Below are positions 18,643 through 29,733 of a stretch of 32,058 nucleotides of DNA, piece after piece. Where the stretch lies: positions 1 through 32,058 of the forward strand of contig LT649364.1 of assembly GCA_900128395.1 (NCBI GenBank). The letters are read 5' to 3'. Made by a program: the position numbers and the translations under genes. The notes beneath the pieces were generated by a model. The model saw only the letters and a list, made by a program, of their open reading frames with translations. It was not told the origin of the DNA and did not search any database. The DNA comes from Stramenopiles sp. TOSAG23-2 (taxonomy: Eukaryota). Position 1 is the stretch's first letter, and every line of letters begins with the position of its first letter.

Positions 18643-19653
18643 ATGGGAAAAAAGAAGAAGAAAAATGTCGTGGTGAAAAAAATGGATGTTAATTATACAA
18701 CTTATTACATTGCAAAAACACCATTTATTATTAATGAAAATAAAAATAGTTTAGAAGAATTTAAAAAACAAATAGACTTTGATAATATACATTCAATATC
18801 TACTGGAAAGCATCATGGTATTGGTATGTATATACGACCGAAAAAAAGCAATCCAAATGCACGTCCAATTATGCCGACATCAACAGTAATACCAACAACA
18901 TCAAAAACTTCAACAAAATCGAAAGCAACAACAACAACCACCACAACCACCACCACTACCACCACAACACCAACAAATGTAAAAATAAAACAACAATTTA
19001 TATATATACCTGATTCTAATTCATTTCTCCCAATAAAGGCAACATTAAATTATACGGATTCAACTTCTACATTCGATTATATACCATGTAGAAGCAAAAA
19101 TATTATCACTAGCAGTGATATGAAGGATGTAAAACAATTTGAAGGCGTTAGTGAAGATTATTGTCACATATGCGCAGATGGAGGTAATTTATTATGTTGC
19201 GATTTATGCCCAATGGTATATCATAAAGAATGTATTGGTTTAATGGAAGAACCTGATGAAGATATCATTTGGGCATGTCCATCATGTACAAAAGGTTCAG
19301 AGTATTTGCCAGATACAAAAAAATTTGCAGAAGAATGGAAGAGATATACAGATGCAGATATTATGAAAGAAAGTGGTAAGAAACGCAAATTATCAAATGA
19401 TAATTACATGAATATTGTTCCGATCAATTGGCATCCATCACAGAAAAAAATGAATCAATATAAATACAATGATGATAAAGGAGCATTATTAAATGTGAAA
19501 AACATTGATATTACCCCTGCAACTATTGATTTTAATGATGAAACAAATGACTTAACTGTCGTGGAAAATGGTAATACAGAACAAGAGAAAGTTGACGTGA
19601 TTGAAGAGGAAGAAGAGGATGACGGGATAGATGCATTTGATATTTACGAGTGA
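18643..19653 (+). CDS. PHD-finger protein (CHD/AIRE/TRIM-type C4HC3 finger)
   Basis: First ATG at 18643 (MGKKKKK). SEDYCHICADGGNLLCCDLCPMVYHKECIGL...WACPSC; poly-Thr tract; NLS-like GKKRK; acidic tail. Confidence 0.88.
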   Translation: MGKKKKKNVVVKKMDVNYTTYYIAKTPFIINENKNSLEEFKKQIDFDNIHSISTGKHHGIGMYIRPKKSNPNARPIMPTSTVIPTTSKTSTKSKATTTTTTTTTTTTTTPTNVKIKQQFIYIPDSNSFLPIKATLNYTDSTSTFDYIPCRSKNIITSSDMKDVKQFEGVSEDYCHICADGGNLLCCDLCPMVYHKECIGLMEEPDEDIIWACPSCTKGSEYLPDTKKFAEEWKRYTDADIMKESGKKRKLSNDNYMNIVPINWHPSQKKMNQYKYNDDKGALLNVKNIDITPATIDFNDETNDLTVVENGNTEQEKVDVIEEEEEDDGIDAFDIYE

Positions 19654-19904
19654 TGCGTGTGTAAAAATAAATATAATATATAACTCTCTTTATGCATACC
19701 AACTACAAAATTCCTATTTAATAATAATAACACAAAATCCAAAATCACAACACAATTATATAGCACTTTATATTTAACTCTCATTCACACTAATAATCAT
19801 TATTATGTGATATCAACACATGTACATACACACACACACACAACATACATGCATACATACATGTAAATATACATATATACAATCACTTCATTCAAATTTC
19901 AATC

Positions 19905-22486
19905 ATGGCCAACTTATTAAAAAGTGTTATTAATACTACCACCGATGTAGTTTCAAAAGTTACGAATGCAACAATAAGACGAGGTTCCAATGCAACTAGC
20001 GAAACTTCAACAAATAATGACAATAATAATAATAACAATAATAAAAAAAGTAAAAAAAATTCAACACAAGATGGGATATTAGTATATGTTGAAACTGGAA
20101 ATACGAATTCATTGACAATAGCATGGGCTATACCAGGAGAAAACCTCCATGTCTTGCCTGGATCTACACCTTCGTTGAATGAATATGAATTAAAATATTA
20201 TGCCAAAAACGCGTCTGCAATAACGCGGGCAAGAACACTTTTAACGCATAGTAAATCAATTAAAATAGACAAGTTGACAATTGATACGGAATATGTTTTT
20301 CAATTACGAAGAAGATCACGCTCTGTAGCAATATCTAATAATTCTACGGAGGAAGAGATTAAAAAAGCAACAGAGGCAGCTGCGCAAGGATGGTCGCCAT
20401 TTGGACCAAAATTTACTTTCAAAACCAATAGCTACATTGAGCAGGAAATAATTAAACATGGCAAGCGATTTAATTTATTTTTTCAAGATAAACTCTTACC
20501 ATATGAAGAACCTGATTGGGGCATTGATACATTAACTGATAAAGGTTTACGAGTTGGGCAAGGATTGTTAAATGTTGTCCATTATACAGGTGTTGGTGGC
20601 TCTTATATGAAAGCAGTGAATTTAGTGTGGCGTTTACGTAAAATTGGTATCGGGGCAATACTATTTAATGAACAGCTTCGTGATGTAGCTGAAACAATGT
20701 TGTCGCTCCTAACTGTTGCTGGGAAAGGGCTACATTTATCTGCACAAGATATTACAGTTGGAGCGTATTATCTATTATGGATTCGGCGTGCAAAACGATT
20801 ACGCAATCCGAATATGGAAAAAGATGAACATAATGCAGGACAAGCAGGCGTAATAGAAGAAAAGGCCAGTGATGCAATTTTAGATGAACTTGCTTTTTAC
20901 ATGCCATTAGCTTGGAAAGCATATTCCGCTAATCCCGCGGAGATTCAATGGGTAAGTTAAATTCTATTCCCCTAAACCTAAAAAAGGTATCCTCTCTAAC
21001 ACATTACTCGTTCATACGCTACGCCCCACAGTTCACAAATCAATACCCAGGTGGTAAAGGTGGAAATTACATAATAATTGCATCGTCTCCAAAAGCTACC
21101 AGGGTCAAACGAACAGAAAGTGGTAAAGGTACCATAGTAAAACCAGCATATTTCGTAGCTGCAAATGAAACTACAAAAGAGGTAGTAATATCCATACGTG
21201 GTTCACATGAAATTGAAGATTTAACCGTTGACGGGACAGCTAATAATGTTGAATTTGAAATTTTTGGCAATAAATACAGTTGCCACAATGGAATGCTTGA
21301 ATCTGCAAATTGGTTAGGATATGAAGGTAAAATGATACAATATACAAAAGAATTATTTAATAGGAGTTATAAAATTGTATTAACTGGACATTCACTTGGT
21401 GCAGGAATATGTGTTTTACTTGCATTGATTTTACGAAAAGAAATTCCTGATTTAATGCCTGTAGTATATGCTTATGCTCCGCCTCCATGCGTTTCCGCAG
21501 CATTGGCGGAAAAATGTAAATCAGAATTAATAACTGTTAAAGGACTTATCAATAGAGATGATTTTGTATGCCGTGCTAGTGCAGCTAATGCAAGAGCATT
21601 GGCATCCGAAATAAAAGCTAGAAGACAACAATGGGAACCATTTTTACGTCGAGATTTTAGCGATGTTTATAAACGGACATTAACTTTATGGGCACCAATG
21701 AGAAGAACAAAACAACCGATAGAAGAAACCAATAATGATGATAATACAATTGATGATAATAAAAGTGGAAACAGTAAAAATGCCACAAAAAGTCAACGTA
21801 CCAAAAGTAGGAGTAGTAGTACAGAAATACTGAGCTTAGCTAATGTTACTGTTAATGTGAACGAGAAAGATAAGGCAAAGACAGGTGATAATAATAATGA
21901 TGATGATGATAATAATAATAACAACAACAAGAAGAACAACAACGAGGTACATCAGAATACGAAACCTGTAAAAATTGGAAGGAAAACATCTGATCTTGTA
22001 GAGGAAGCAGTGACGATCGCGAAAAAAACATCTGAATTAACACCATTACTTGTAGCTGGCAATATTGTCCATATTTATCAACACAATGGTGTTATGCAAG
22101 CATCATTAGTCGATTATAATTTTATAGGTTTACAACGTATTGAAGTGTATGAAAATGCAATAAAAGACCATTATAGAAAAGCAATTACTGTAAATTTTCG
22201 GGAAGTCAAAGCAGGTAGAAACGCAAGTCAAGCACCACCAACATGGGAGGCATTAGATTTTGATGATAAAGTGCAAACATGCAAAGTTTGTCATTATGAT
22301 GTTAATTGGGTCAATACAGCTAATACAAGTGTTCATGTAGCAAGAGCAACGAACCATTGTTATTGCTGTGGCTACATAGTTTGTGAAAAATGTTGCCAAA
22401 GTGAAACAACCTTGCCAAACATAGGTATATATCGTAATGTTAAAGTTTGTGATAATTGTTGGATGAAGTTATTGAGTAAGGTTTGA
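19905..22486 (+). CDS. Class 3 (DAG-lipase-like) lipase with N-terminal FN3-like domain and C-terminal FYVE-like zinc finger (about 833 aa; exons 19905-20951 and 21032-22486)
   Basis: FN3 features SLTIAW, YELKY, IDKLTIDTEYVFQLR, GWSPFG. Lipase motifs VVISIRGS, CHNGML, VLTGHSLGAG, YAYAPPPC, NRDDFVCR, KDH. C-terminal CKVC...HCYCCGYIVCEKC...VKVCDNC. Confidence 0.9.
20952..21031 (+). other. Spliceosomal intron (80 nt, phase 0) in the lipase gene
   Basis: GTAAGT donor, CTAAC at 20996-21000, CAG acceptor. Joins AEIQW|FTNQYPG in frame. Confidence 0.9.
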
Positions 22487-22910
22487 TATCCTCATTTCAG
22501 TGTACAGTAGATATTTTTTTAAACACTTTTAATGATATTAATACCACTCGTATTATATTGGGTTAAAATCTTAAGTTATAATAGTTTTACTTCTCATGGT
22601 AAATATAATATGCTCAATACTCAATCTCGAGAATAAATATTCTATCCTATCATACTAGTATCATAGTGAAGCTCTAATGCACGTCTGCACTATACGTATA
22701 TTATCATACGCTGATTCGTAAGAAAAGAAAGGCTCTATGATTGATATTTTTTAGTGTATCATAAAATACGGTTAAACTTTTTTTATTTTTCGTACACACA
22801 CAAAAAATTAAAAAATCTAATAGAAAAATGTATGGCATACCGTATAAAAAATACGTATGTACACACACATCACACAACACACACACAATCACTCCGCGGT
22901 CATATTTTTC

Positions 22911-24629
22911 TCAACCCGTTGTTTTTTGCTTTTTAGATGGCTCATGATCATGGGCAAGTAATGATTTTTGTTGTTCTTGCATTTTTTGTTTCAATTTCTT
23001 TCTTTTTCGTTTCTCACGTCGTTTTGCATTTCTATTTATTTTTCTCTGTTTCTCTTGTTCATTTTCACACCTTTTAAAACATGCAACAAAAAAACCATTT
23101 GTCATATCATCTGGACCCAAGCAACGCACTAAACAATTTGATTGATCTTTTGTTAAATTTACATTTGGATGACCACGTCTATGCCACTCTGGCAATACAT
23201 GTGTCAATTCAAATTTATGTTTTGTGTATTCATCATTATTTACAAATTTTAATGCAGATGCTACAACATTTTCATTTTCGATATCATGAATAGAACAAGT
23301 ACTATAACATACATGAGTTACATTTGGAAAACGAAATGCATGTTTTAATGCATTTAATTGAAATGTTGCTAAGTTATTTAATCGATCTTCTTCACTATTT
23401 TTATTTTTATTATTGTTCATATCCATTAAATGATCTAAACGATTTACCATACCGGATCCAGAGCATGATGGATCTAGCATTATAGCTTTTACATTTTTAT
23501 ATAATGGATCATTTGGATTTACTTCTAAGAAACTTTGTAATTTAGGTACAACATTTGTTGCAGAAGCTTCAATCATACGTTTTTTTAATGTATTTAATCG
23601 ATTTGGTGAAATGTCAAATGCAAATACCTTGTTGTTGTTGTTGTTATCGTTATTACTATTATCATCCTCCTCTTTAGTATTCTGGTCTTCAACTTGATGA
23701 TTAAATTTTTTTGTAAGAAAAGATGCTATTTGAGACGTTTTATTACCTGGTGCTGCACATGCATCTATGACATCAATTTTCAAATCATTATTATTATTAT
23801 TACGTTTACATGTCTTAATTTTATCTTTAAAATCATTATCATTCATATTTTCATATAATGTTGCACTTTTGGCATATCCTAACGCACGTGATAATATATA
23901 TGCAGGCAAGCAACTTGCTTTATCTTGTAATATTATATTACCATTTTCAACTAATGAATGATCATGTAAATCATATCCAGGTGGGAATACTATTAAATGT
24001 GGTACATGTTGATCAATGGTTGGAATTGCTATTGTTTTTGCTTTTCTCGTTGTTTTTTTTGCATTATGATTGTTGTTGTTGTTGTTGTTGTTATTATTAT
24101 TATTATTATTATTATTGGAAGAAGAAGATGAATTATTAAATTTTTCTTGTTCTTGTAATTCTTTTTCAAAGCTGTTAATAACATTTGTTGCATTAATTCC
24201 TTTCAACGTATTTACTCTAGCATAACGTGGCATTTTCACGACATTTTGTATAGAGTCTGGTAATAAATCTGCATATCTTACAGCACCTTTTTCTTTCATA
24301 ATGTTTTTCAATGCATTTCTCATATTATCTTCATGCTTTTTCAACTCACGTTTCATTTTACCACCACCTTCAATACCACGTCCAAAAATTAAATCATATA
24401 ACATAACATATAAAAAATTAGGACGATACATTTCCATCAATCTTTTTTTTATTTTACACTTATCTAGCATTTCATCCATAACCATTTTATATTTTAATGT
24501 TTCACATACAAGGGCATATAATTTTTTTTTATTCCCACCAATTTTTGATGAAAATACTAATGTTTTTAATCCACCTTTCGTATTTAATTTATCCAATACA
24601 TTGGAAGCGTTGATGTAAAGTCTGGACAT
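22911..24629 (-). CDS. NSUN5: 25S/28S rRNA (cytosine-C5)-methyltransferase, NSUN5/Rcm1 family
   Basis: N-terminal LY..A..VL..GGLKTLVF, YALVCETLKY, PRYARVNTLK, ILQDKASCLPA, DACAAPGNKT, MLDPSCSGSG, YSTCSIH.ENE.VV, TNGFFVACF. Asn-rich insertions and a basic tail. Confidence 0.95.
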   Translation of the reverse strand: MSRLYINASNVLDKLNTKGGLKTLVFSSKIGGNKKKLYALVCETLKYKMVMDEMLDKCKIKKRLMEMYRPNFLYVMLYDLIFGRGIEGGGKMKRELKKHEDNMRNALKNIMKEKGAVRYADLLPDSIQNVVKMPRYARVNTLKGINATNVINSFEKELQEQEKFNNSSSSSNNNNNNNNNNNNNNNNHNAKKTTRKAKTIAIPTIDQHVPHLIVFPPGYDLHDHSLVENGNIILQDKASCLPAYILSRALGYAKSATLYENMNDNDFKDKIKTCKRNNNNNDLKIDVIDACAAPGNKTSQIASFLTKKFNHQVEDQNTKEEDDNSNNDNNNNNKVFAFDISPNRLNTLKKRMIEASATNVVPKLQSFLEVNPNDPLYKNVKAIMLDPSCSGSGMVNRLDHLMDMNNNKNKNSEEDRLNNLATFQLNALKHAFRFPNVTHVCYSTCSIHDIENENVVASALKFVNNDEYTKHKFELTHVLPEWHRRGHPNVNLTKDQSNCLVRCLGPDDMTNGFFVACFKRCENEQEKQRKINRNAKRREKRKRKKLKQKMQEQQKSLLAHDHEPSKKQKTTG

Positions 24630-25496
24630 GTGATATTAGAAGGAAATGAATAATAGGAGAGACACAAAGATGAAAGCGACGATAACTACACAATGCAGTC
24701 AATTGATTTGATGGATAATACGTTTGTACATCTATTGAAATACGTCTCTGATGGGATGATGATTAGACGACTACCACCTGGTACAAAAGGATACTACTTA
24801 CTATATATTTATTTTTAACACCATGAGGCATGATGTATGCTGCGTATGTATGCTGGTATATGAGATGTATATATTATTTTTATTAATGGATGATAGCCAG
24901 ATAGCTGGAGGATATAGCCAGATTACCTGGTAAGTGGTAAGATAAAGAGGCCTACAATATCGGATACACAGTACACAGTACACAATGTATATAGCAACAA
25001 CTTAAACTCGATACACATACCTCATACCTGGTAATGGGATGAAGGCTGGAATTAAGGCCAGTACAAAAAAGGAAGAGGCTGTGGAATTTTCAAATATTAT
25101 AGTATAGTATTAGTAGTGTAAATGGTAGAGAGCAGCATCACCACATCACAACTCACAACGCGGTCCAGCCCATAATTATATTGCCAACTCCATCTTTAGA
25201 ATTATTGTATGTAGATAGCATTACAATATTATCCACTAGACGACTCTCTGGTTCACAGCATGTGTGACTTGTTGTTTGCTGGTTTGTTGTTGTGTAAATA
25301 ATAAATAATGTCTAAAAAATAACAACTAACAACTATTATGTTGACATATATAAATTTATAGAAAGAGAATAATGTAGATCCAAACATATGTTTGATTACC
25401 ATATACTGTATGTATGTGTCGTCGTCGTAATCGTCATCGCAGTTTTTATTAATTTAAATTTGATATCAAAAGGGTAGACGTTTTGGGAGATATAGG

Positions 25497-26405
25497 ATGG
25501 GTGGAATATTTGGGAAGAAGAAAGGACCACCGTCGAAAATTTTTATTGATTTTAAAAATACAAAACCAGCTGCTGGCGCTAGTAAAGCATTATATGATGA
25601 TTTAACTGCGTTATTACAAACAGGGGAGCAATTAACAGTAGAATTTAGTAATTATCAAGGTTGTCAAGAGGCTATCAAGAATTCGATGACCAGTCCGAAG
25701 GACATGGAAGTGCAGCGTGCGTCTTTTTTAGCATTGTTCCCGAATATACAGGTAACAAAACGAGCATATGATTACGCAAAAGAGTTGGAAGCAAAACTAC
25801 CTTTATTAGTTTTACAACTTGTGAATAATACATCAAATTTGGAAGATGAGGAGGCATTGGTGAAATGCCTTGCGGATGTAATGGACATATCGTTACGATT
25901 CGACGGACATAAAATGATGAATTCAGCAATACAAAACGATTTTGCCCATTACCGTAGAAGCATGGCCAACCATCGTGATATAGAGAATATACCAGTAACA
26001 GAAGCTGGAACTAATCAAATTTCCATGTTTATGGCTGTTCCAAACCCATTGATTAAAACATGTGCAGATGTTATTTCAACACTTTTCCATGATAACAACG
26101 AAGTCGTTAAATTATTAGCTGAAATGGCAAATATATGTTGCTCAATCGTCATGACAGAAAAAGCTGACGGGGAAGGGTTGTTAAATTATTGTTTAAACGT
26201 TATGACTGCAAGTATTGTATTATTTGATGTCATTGTACCTACAGGTGTATTTAAAAAGAATTCTGGCGTTGATATGAGAAATTGTGTTCTACAATTACAA
26301 AAATATGACAAAAAAACATTGATTAATAATTTAAAATATTCAACAAAAACATATAAAAGTGACAATACACCTAGTTCTATTCGCAATTTAATCGAGGGCG
26401 ATTAA
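25497..26405 (+). CDS. CYRI: CYRI/FAM49 (CYFIP-related Rac interactor, DUF1394)
   Basis: MG start; IFIDF, YQGCQEAI, FD..KMMNSAIQNDFAHYRRS (includes the Rac-binding Arg pair), ISMFMA.PNP, CL.VMT..IVLFD...TGVF.K.S.VDM, LIN.LKYSTK. Confidence 0.93.
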   Translation: MGGIFGKKKGPPSKIFIDFKNTKPAAGASKALYDDLTALLQTGEQLTVEFSNYQGCQEAIKNSMTSPKDMEVQRASFLALFPNIQVTKRAYDYAKELEAKLPLLVLQLVNNTSNLEDEEALVKCLADVMDISLRFDGHKMMNSAIQNDFAHYRRSMANHRDIENIPVTEAGTNQISMFMAVPNPLIKTCADVISTLFHDNNEVVKLLAEMANICCSIVMTEKADGEGLLNYCLNVMTASIVLFDVIVPTGVFKKNSGVDMRNCVLQLQKYDKKTLINNLKYSTKTYKSDNTPSSIRNLIEGD

Positions 26406-26691
26406 CGTTTGCAATATCGTATAGTTTAGTATAGTTAGGAAAAATTTAGTTCTAAAGTTAAAAAAAAGATACATATACAGTGAGAATCTATAATAACAGA
26501 GTCAATAACATAAGAAAACTTCTCATCCTTTTATCATGTGAGTAAATTAAAAAATAAATTTAAATATATGAGAGATGGTTAAAAAATATTATATATATTT
26601 GATACGCGTACATCATAATATAGAACAAAAATGATGTATATATTATATAAAATAAGTATAAACCTTTTTCTTCTCCCACACACATGTGATC

Positions 26692-29600
26692 TCAATCTTC
26701 ATCGTCATCATCATCAAGACTTAAATCCAATGTCTTTTTTAATTCTTCAAAATCATCTTGAGGTATATCATCAGATATAGTTAATATAGAGCTTTTAACC
26801 GTGCCAATTCTGTTTCGCATTCTAGATATACGCTTTGCAGCGGCAGGATCTATATTCAACTTGTTCTCTACTTCCTCTTCATCCTCGACTTGTGTATGAT
26901 TAATAGTATCTTTCCCAGTACTTGTGACATTACTGCTGGTACCATTACTATCTTCCGGTAATAGATCGGATCGATCAACAATTACCATGCATTTGGCAAT
27001 TGTATCAGATGTTATTAAAGCAAAATCCCACATATTTATTAGATGTAGCATAAAATTTTCTCTTAAATTTTTTTGAAGCAATTCAAGACCATGCGCATTT
27101 GCAAAATCTACACATCGGCTAGCTAATTGATAATCAGCGAATATTTTGTTGTAGAAAATAAAGCGATTCCACATTTTCATAAACTGCTTCTCCTCAATGG
27201 AGACATCTTCAAATTCATCCAATAACTTTTCACCTTGTTCTAAAATCCATTCTTCATCAACATCATCATCCGAATCTTCTTGTATCAAAGGATGCTCCAT
27301 TGGTTGAGCTGTTTTAGAATGGTAATAACGACGGAAGTGCAAATGCGCTGTTTCACTATATTGCTTGAAGTCATCATCAACAGTAGGTACGTCAATCGCT
27401 GTATCATTACCATTACTATTATCATTATTAGCATTTGGACTACTACTTTTGGAAAATGATCCTTCTACTGTATACATACTCAATTTTTGACTAGAATTTT
27501 TCATGTTGTAATTTCGAATAGCTTGATTATGAAGGTTTCGTTTTGTTTCATTTGATGGTTTACTGAGTTGTAACAAAAAATCTACACCACTACTTTTACC
27601 ATTATTTAACTTTTTTTTCTTGCGTACTGTCGGGCGATCATCGGAGGATGATAAATCCGTTGTCTCCAAGCCATTATCATCTTTATGCAATAAAGCTACT
27701 TTATGCCTATTGGCATTATGATTCGCATGCGCATATAACAATTGTACAACCCGGGGAAGACTTTTTGAATAGTAATAGTTGCCACTAGCATAATAACGAT
27801 TATCATCTTCCAACGCTTTTGGCAACACTTTTACCCAAATTTCAGGTTGATCCGTAGTTCCTTTGCATTGAAAATGAAAGTGATCGTGACTACACGTTAA
27901 ATGGCATACTAAACTTGCCATATCTGGACAATACATTTGGCAAAACGGGCAACAAAAATCCTCACGGACTTCGGCACGTGTACATGTTTCATATTTATTC
28001 TGCATCCCTTCTTTTTTACGTTTAAATTGGTAATGATATGAAACCGTTGGTTTGCATTGTGACAATGGTGGAATTCCCGATAATCTACGTTTCAAATCAA
28101 TCCCTCGACATAAACGACGGTATCGACCACCTACATTGTTGCTCCTATTTGCACCTTTCAACGTACGCAGTGCTTTTCCCGAATATTCCCATTCCATTTT
28201 TAAATTCAATAGCGGCTTACTTAATGGATGATCTTGCAATGCTGCACGACTATCGGTTGGATAACATACACGTTGATAATCCCCATTTTTTACAGGCTGA
28301 AAATTTATAAACATACCATGTCGACTCTTTGCCACGACAAGATCGAATTGGGCATGAAACGCTGCCATGGGAGGATGCCGACCTTCATTCCTCGCCTCTA
28401 CAGCCTCTTGTAATCGCCGAGTTGGTCTTGGCCGGTGATGAGATATGATAGCCGAATCAAGACTCGCATGGCGCTCTGCAGCTTTTTTTTGCTTTTTCTT
28501 AATTTTTGCATTATTGTTTGTATTCATTACCGCTCGTCGTTGGCGTTTACGTCGTGAATTAGCCACTGATTTGCTTTTACTGCCGCCATTGCTGCTACTT
28601 TTACGTTTCCCATTTGTAGTTGCATCATCATCACTATCGCTATCATTATCATTACCACCATCTTCATCATTATTGTTGTCTTCATTTTCACCCACTTCTT
28701 CTTCTTCTTCTCCCTCCTCCTCGCTACTGTCATCGTCACTGTTAAAATGATTGTGGGCCATCGATGTATTTGCAACAATACGAGCACGTTTGTTTGCGGG
28801 CGGCATTGTTACTTGAGACGCTATTTGAGAAATACCAAAGAAAAATGGATCTGATTTTACTTTTGGATTGTATACATGAACTACAAGAAATAGGCGGCTT
28901 CCTTTGTCTATCATATTAGCCATATCAATAGACAATTCCAATTTTTGCTCGACTAGTTCGAATACTGGCGCTGTTGTCTCATTATTGTTTTCAAAATTGG
29001 ATGAAGATCCTTTTGGTGACGAACTAGGGGACAAGTCCATATCATTATTACTGTTACTGCTATTGTTGTTTTTCTTCAACACTTTCGCTCCATTTGTTGT
29101 TGTAGTTGGTCGATATGGAACAAGTATTGCATGCGATTCAAGCAATGTGTAATATCTGTTTTTTTTGTTCGTTGAAGTTGCTTGGAATGGTGAATTATTT
29201 CTTGAATTCCTACCACTTCCTCTCCCTGATAATGGCGAAGCTGATGGAGAACTTTTTCTACTATTGCTACCAGTCATATCTTCATTCGCTTCGTGCGATT
29301 CATATAGACCAACTGTAACAGGTATATTTCTTTCCCTACTACTATTTGATACCGCATGCTTATCCAAAAATCCTTTTAAATATAACGTTGCAAATAAAGG
29401 TTTCAAGCGATTTTGTTTTACACTAGTTTCCAATACCTCTGGTACTTTTGGTTTGTTATAAGTTTTGCCTGGTTGGATCCAAATAGATTTTCTAGTTGCT
29501 GCGCGATAACTTAACGTCCTTGATAAAAATATCGGTCGCGATTTATTACGTTTTTCAATAAGTTTATAAAACGCAGTAGGTGCACGATATGCATCCATAA

Positions 29601-29733
29601 ATTCATCTTGCTCTACAACAGTCTCAATTTTTCGACTATTAGATTCACCATTAACTTGTCTCTTAGTAACAGATCTTGACGACGAAGAAGATGATGAAGA
29701 AGATAAAGAAGATGATGACGAAGAACTACTCAT
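26692..29733 (-). CDS. SUZ12: Polycomb PRC2 subunit SUZ12/EMF2-like (VEFS-box protein)
   Basis: N-terminal AYRAPTAFYKLIEKRN..PIFLSRTLSY; zinc finger EDFCCPFCQMYCPDMASLVCHLTCSHDHFHF; VEFS box RRYYHSKTAQPM..EDSDDDVD...LDEFEDVS.EEKQFMKMWN.FI...F.LHLINMWDFALI. Confidence 0.94.
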   Translation of the reverse strand: MSSSSSSSSLSSSSSSSSSRSVTKRQVNGESNSRKIETVVEQDEFMDAYRAPTAFYKLIEKRNKSRPIFLSRTLSYRAATRKSIWIQPGKTYNKPKVPEVLETSVKQNRLKPLFATLYLKGFLDKHAVSNSSRERNIPVTVGLYESHEANEDMTGSNSRKSSPSASPLSGRGSGRNSRNNSPFQATSTNKKNRYYTLLESHAILVPYRPTTTTNGAKVLKKNNNSSNSNNDMDLSPSSSPKGSSSNFENNNETTAPVFELVEQKLELSIDMANMIDKGSRLFLVVHVYNPKVKSDPFFFGISQIASQVTMPPANKRARIVANTSMAHNHFNSDDDSSEEEGEEEEEVGENEDNNNDEDGGNDNDSDSDDDATTNGKRKSSSNGGSKSKSVANSRRKRQRRAVMNTNNNAKIKKKQKKAAERHASLDSAIISHHRPRPTRRLQEAVEARNEGRHPPMAAFHAQFDLVVAKSRHGMFINFQPVKNGDYQRVCYPTDSRAALQDHPLSKPLLNLKMEWEYSGKALRTLKGANRSNNVGGRYRRLCRGIDLKRRLSGIPPLSQCKPTVSYHYQFKRKKEGMQNKYETCTRAEVREDFCCPFCQMYCPDMASLVCHLTCSHDHFHFQCKGTTDQPEIWVKVLPKALEDDNRYYASGNYYYSKSLPRVVQLLYAHANHNANRHKVALLHKDDNGLETTDLSSSDDRPTVRKKKKLNNGKSSGVDFLLQLSKPSNETKRNLHNQAIRNYNMKNSSQKLSMYTVEGSFSKSSSPNANNDNSNGNDTAIDVPTVDDDFKQYSETAHLHFRRYYHSKTAQPMEHPLIQEDSDDDVDEEWILEQGEKLLDEFEDVSIEEKQFMKMWNRFIFYNKIFADYQLASRCVDFANAHGLELLQKNLRENFMLHLINMWDFALITSDTIAKCMVIVDRSDLLPEDSNGTSSNVTSTGKDTINHTQVEDEEEVENKLNIDPAAAKRISRMRNRIGTVKSSILTISDDIPQDDFEELKKTLDLSLDDDDDED

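Noticed and set aside
20948-20960. Overlap of ORFs 19905-20960 and 20948-22486 as two genes or a programmed frameshift
   Set aside because: Explained by an 80-nt GT-AG intron with a CTAAC branch point.
25111-25260. tRNA A-box-like tagtgtaaatggtag
   Set aside because: No GTTCRA T-arm at the proper spacing and no cloverleaf.
18643-29733. PHD protein, NSUN5 and SUZ12 as a chromatin gene cluster
   Set aside because: Interspersed with unrelated genes in mixed orientation; proximity is expected by chance in a compact genome.
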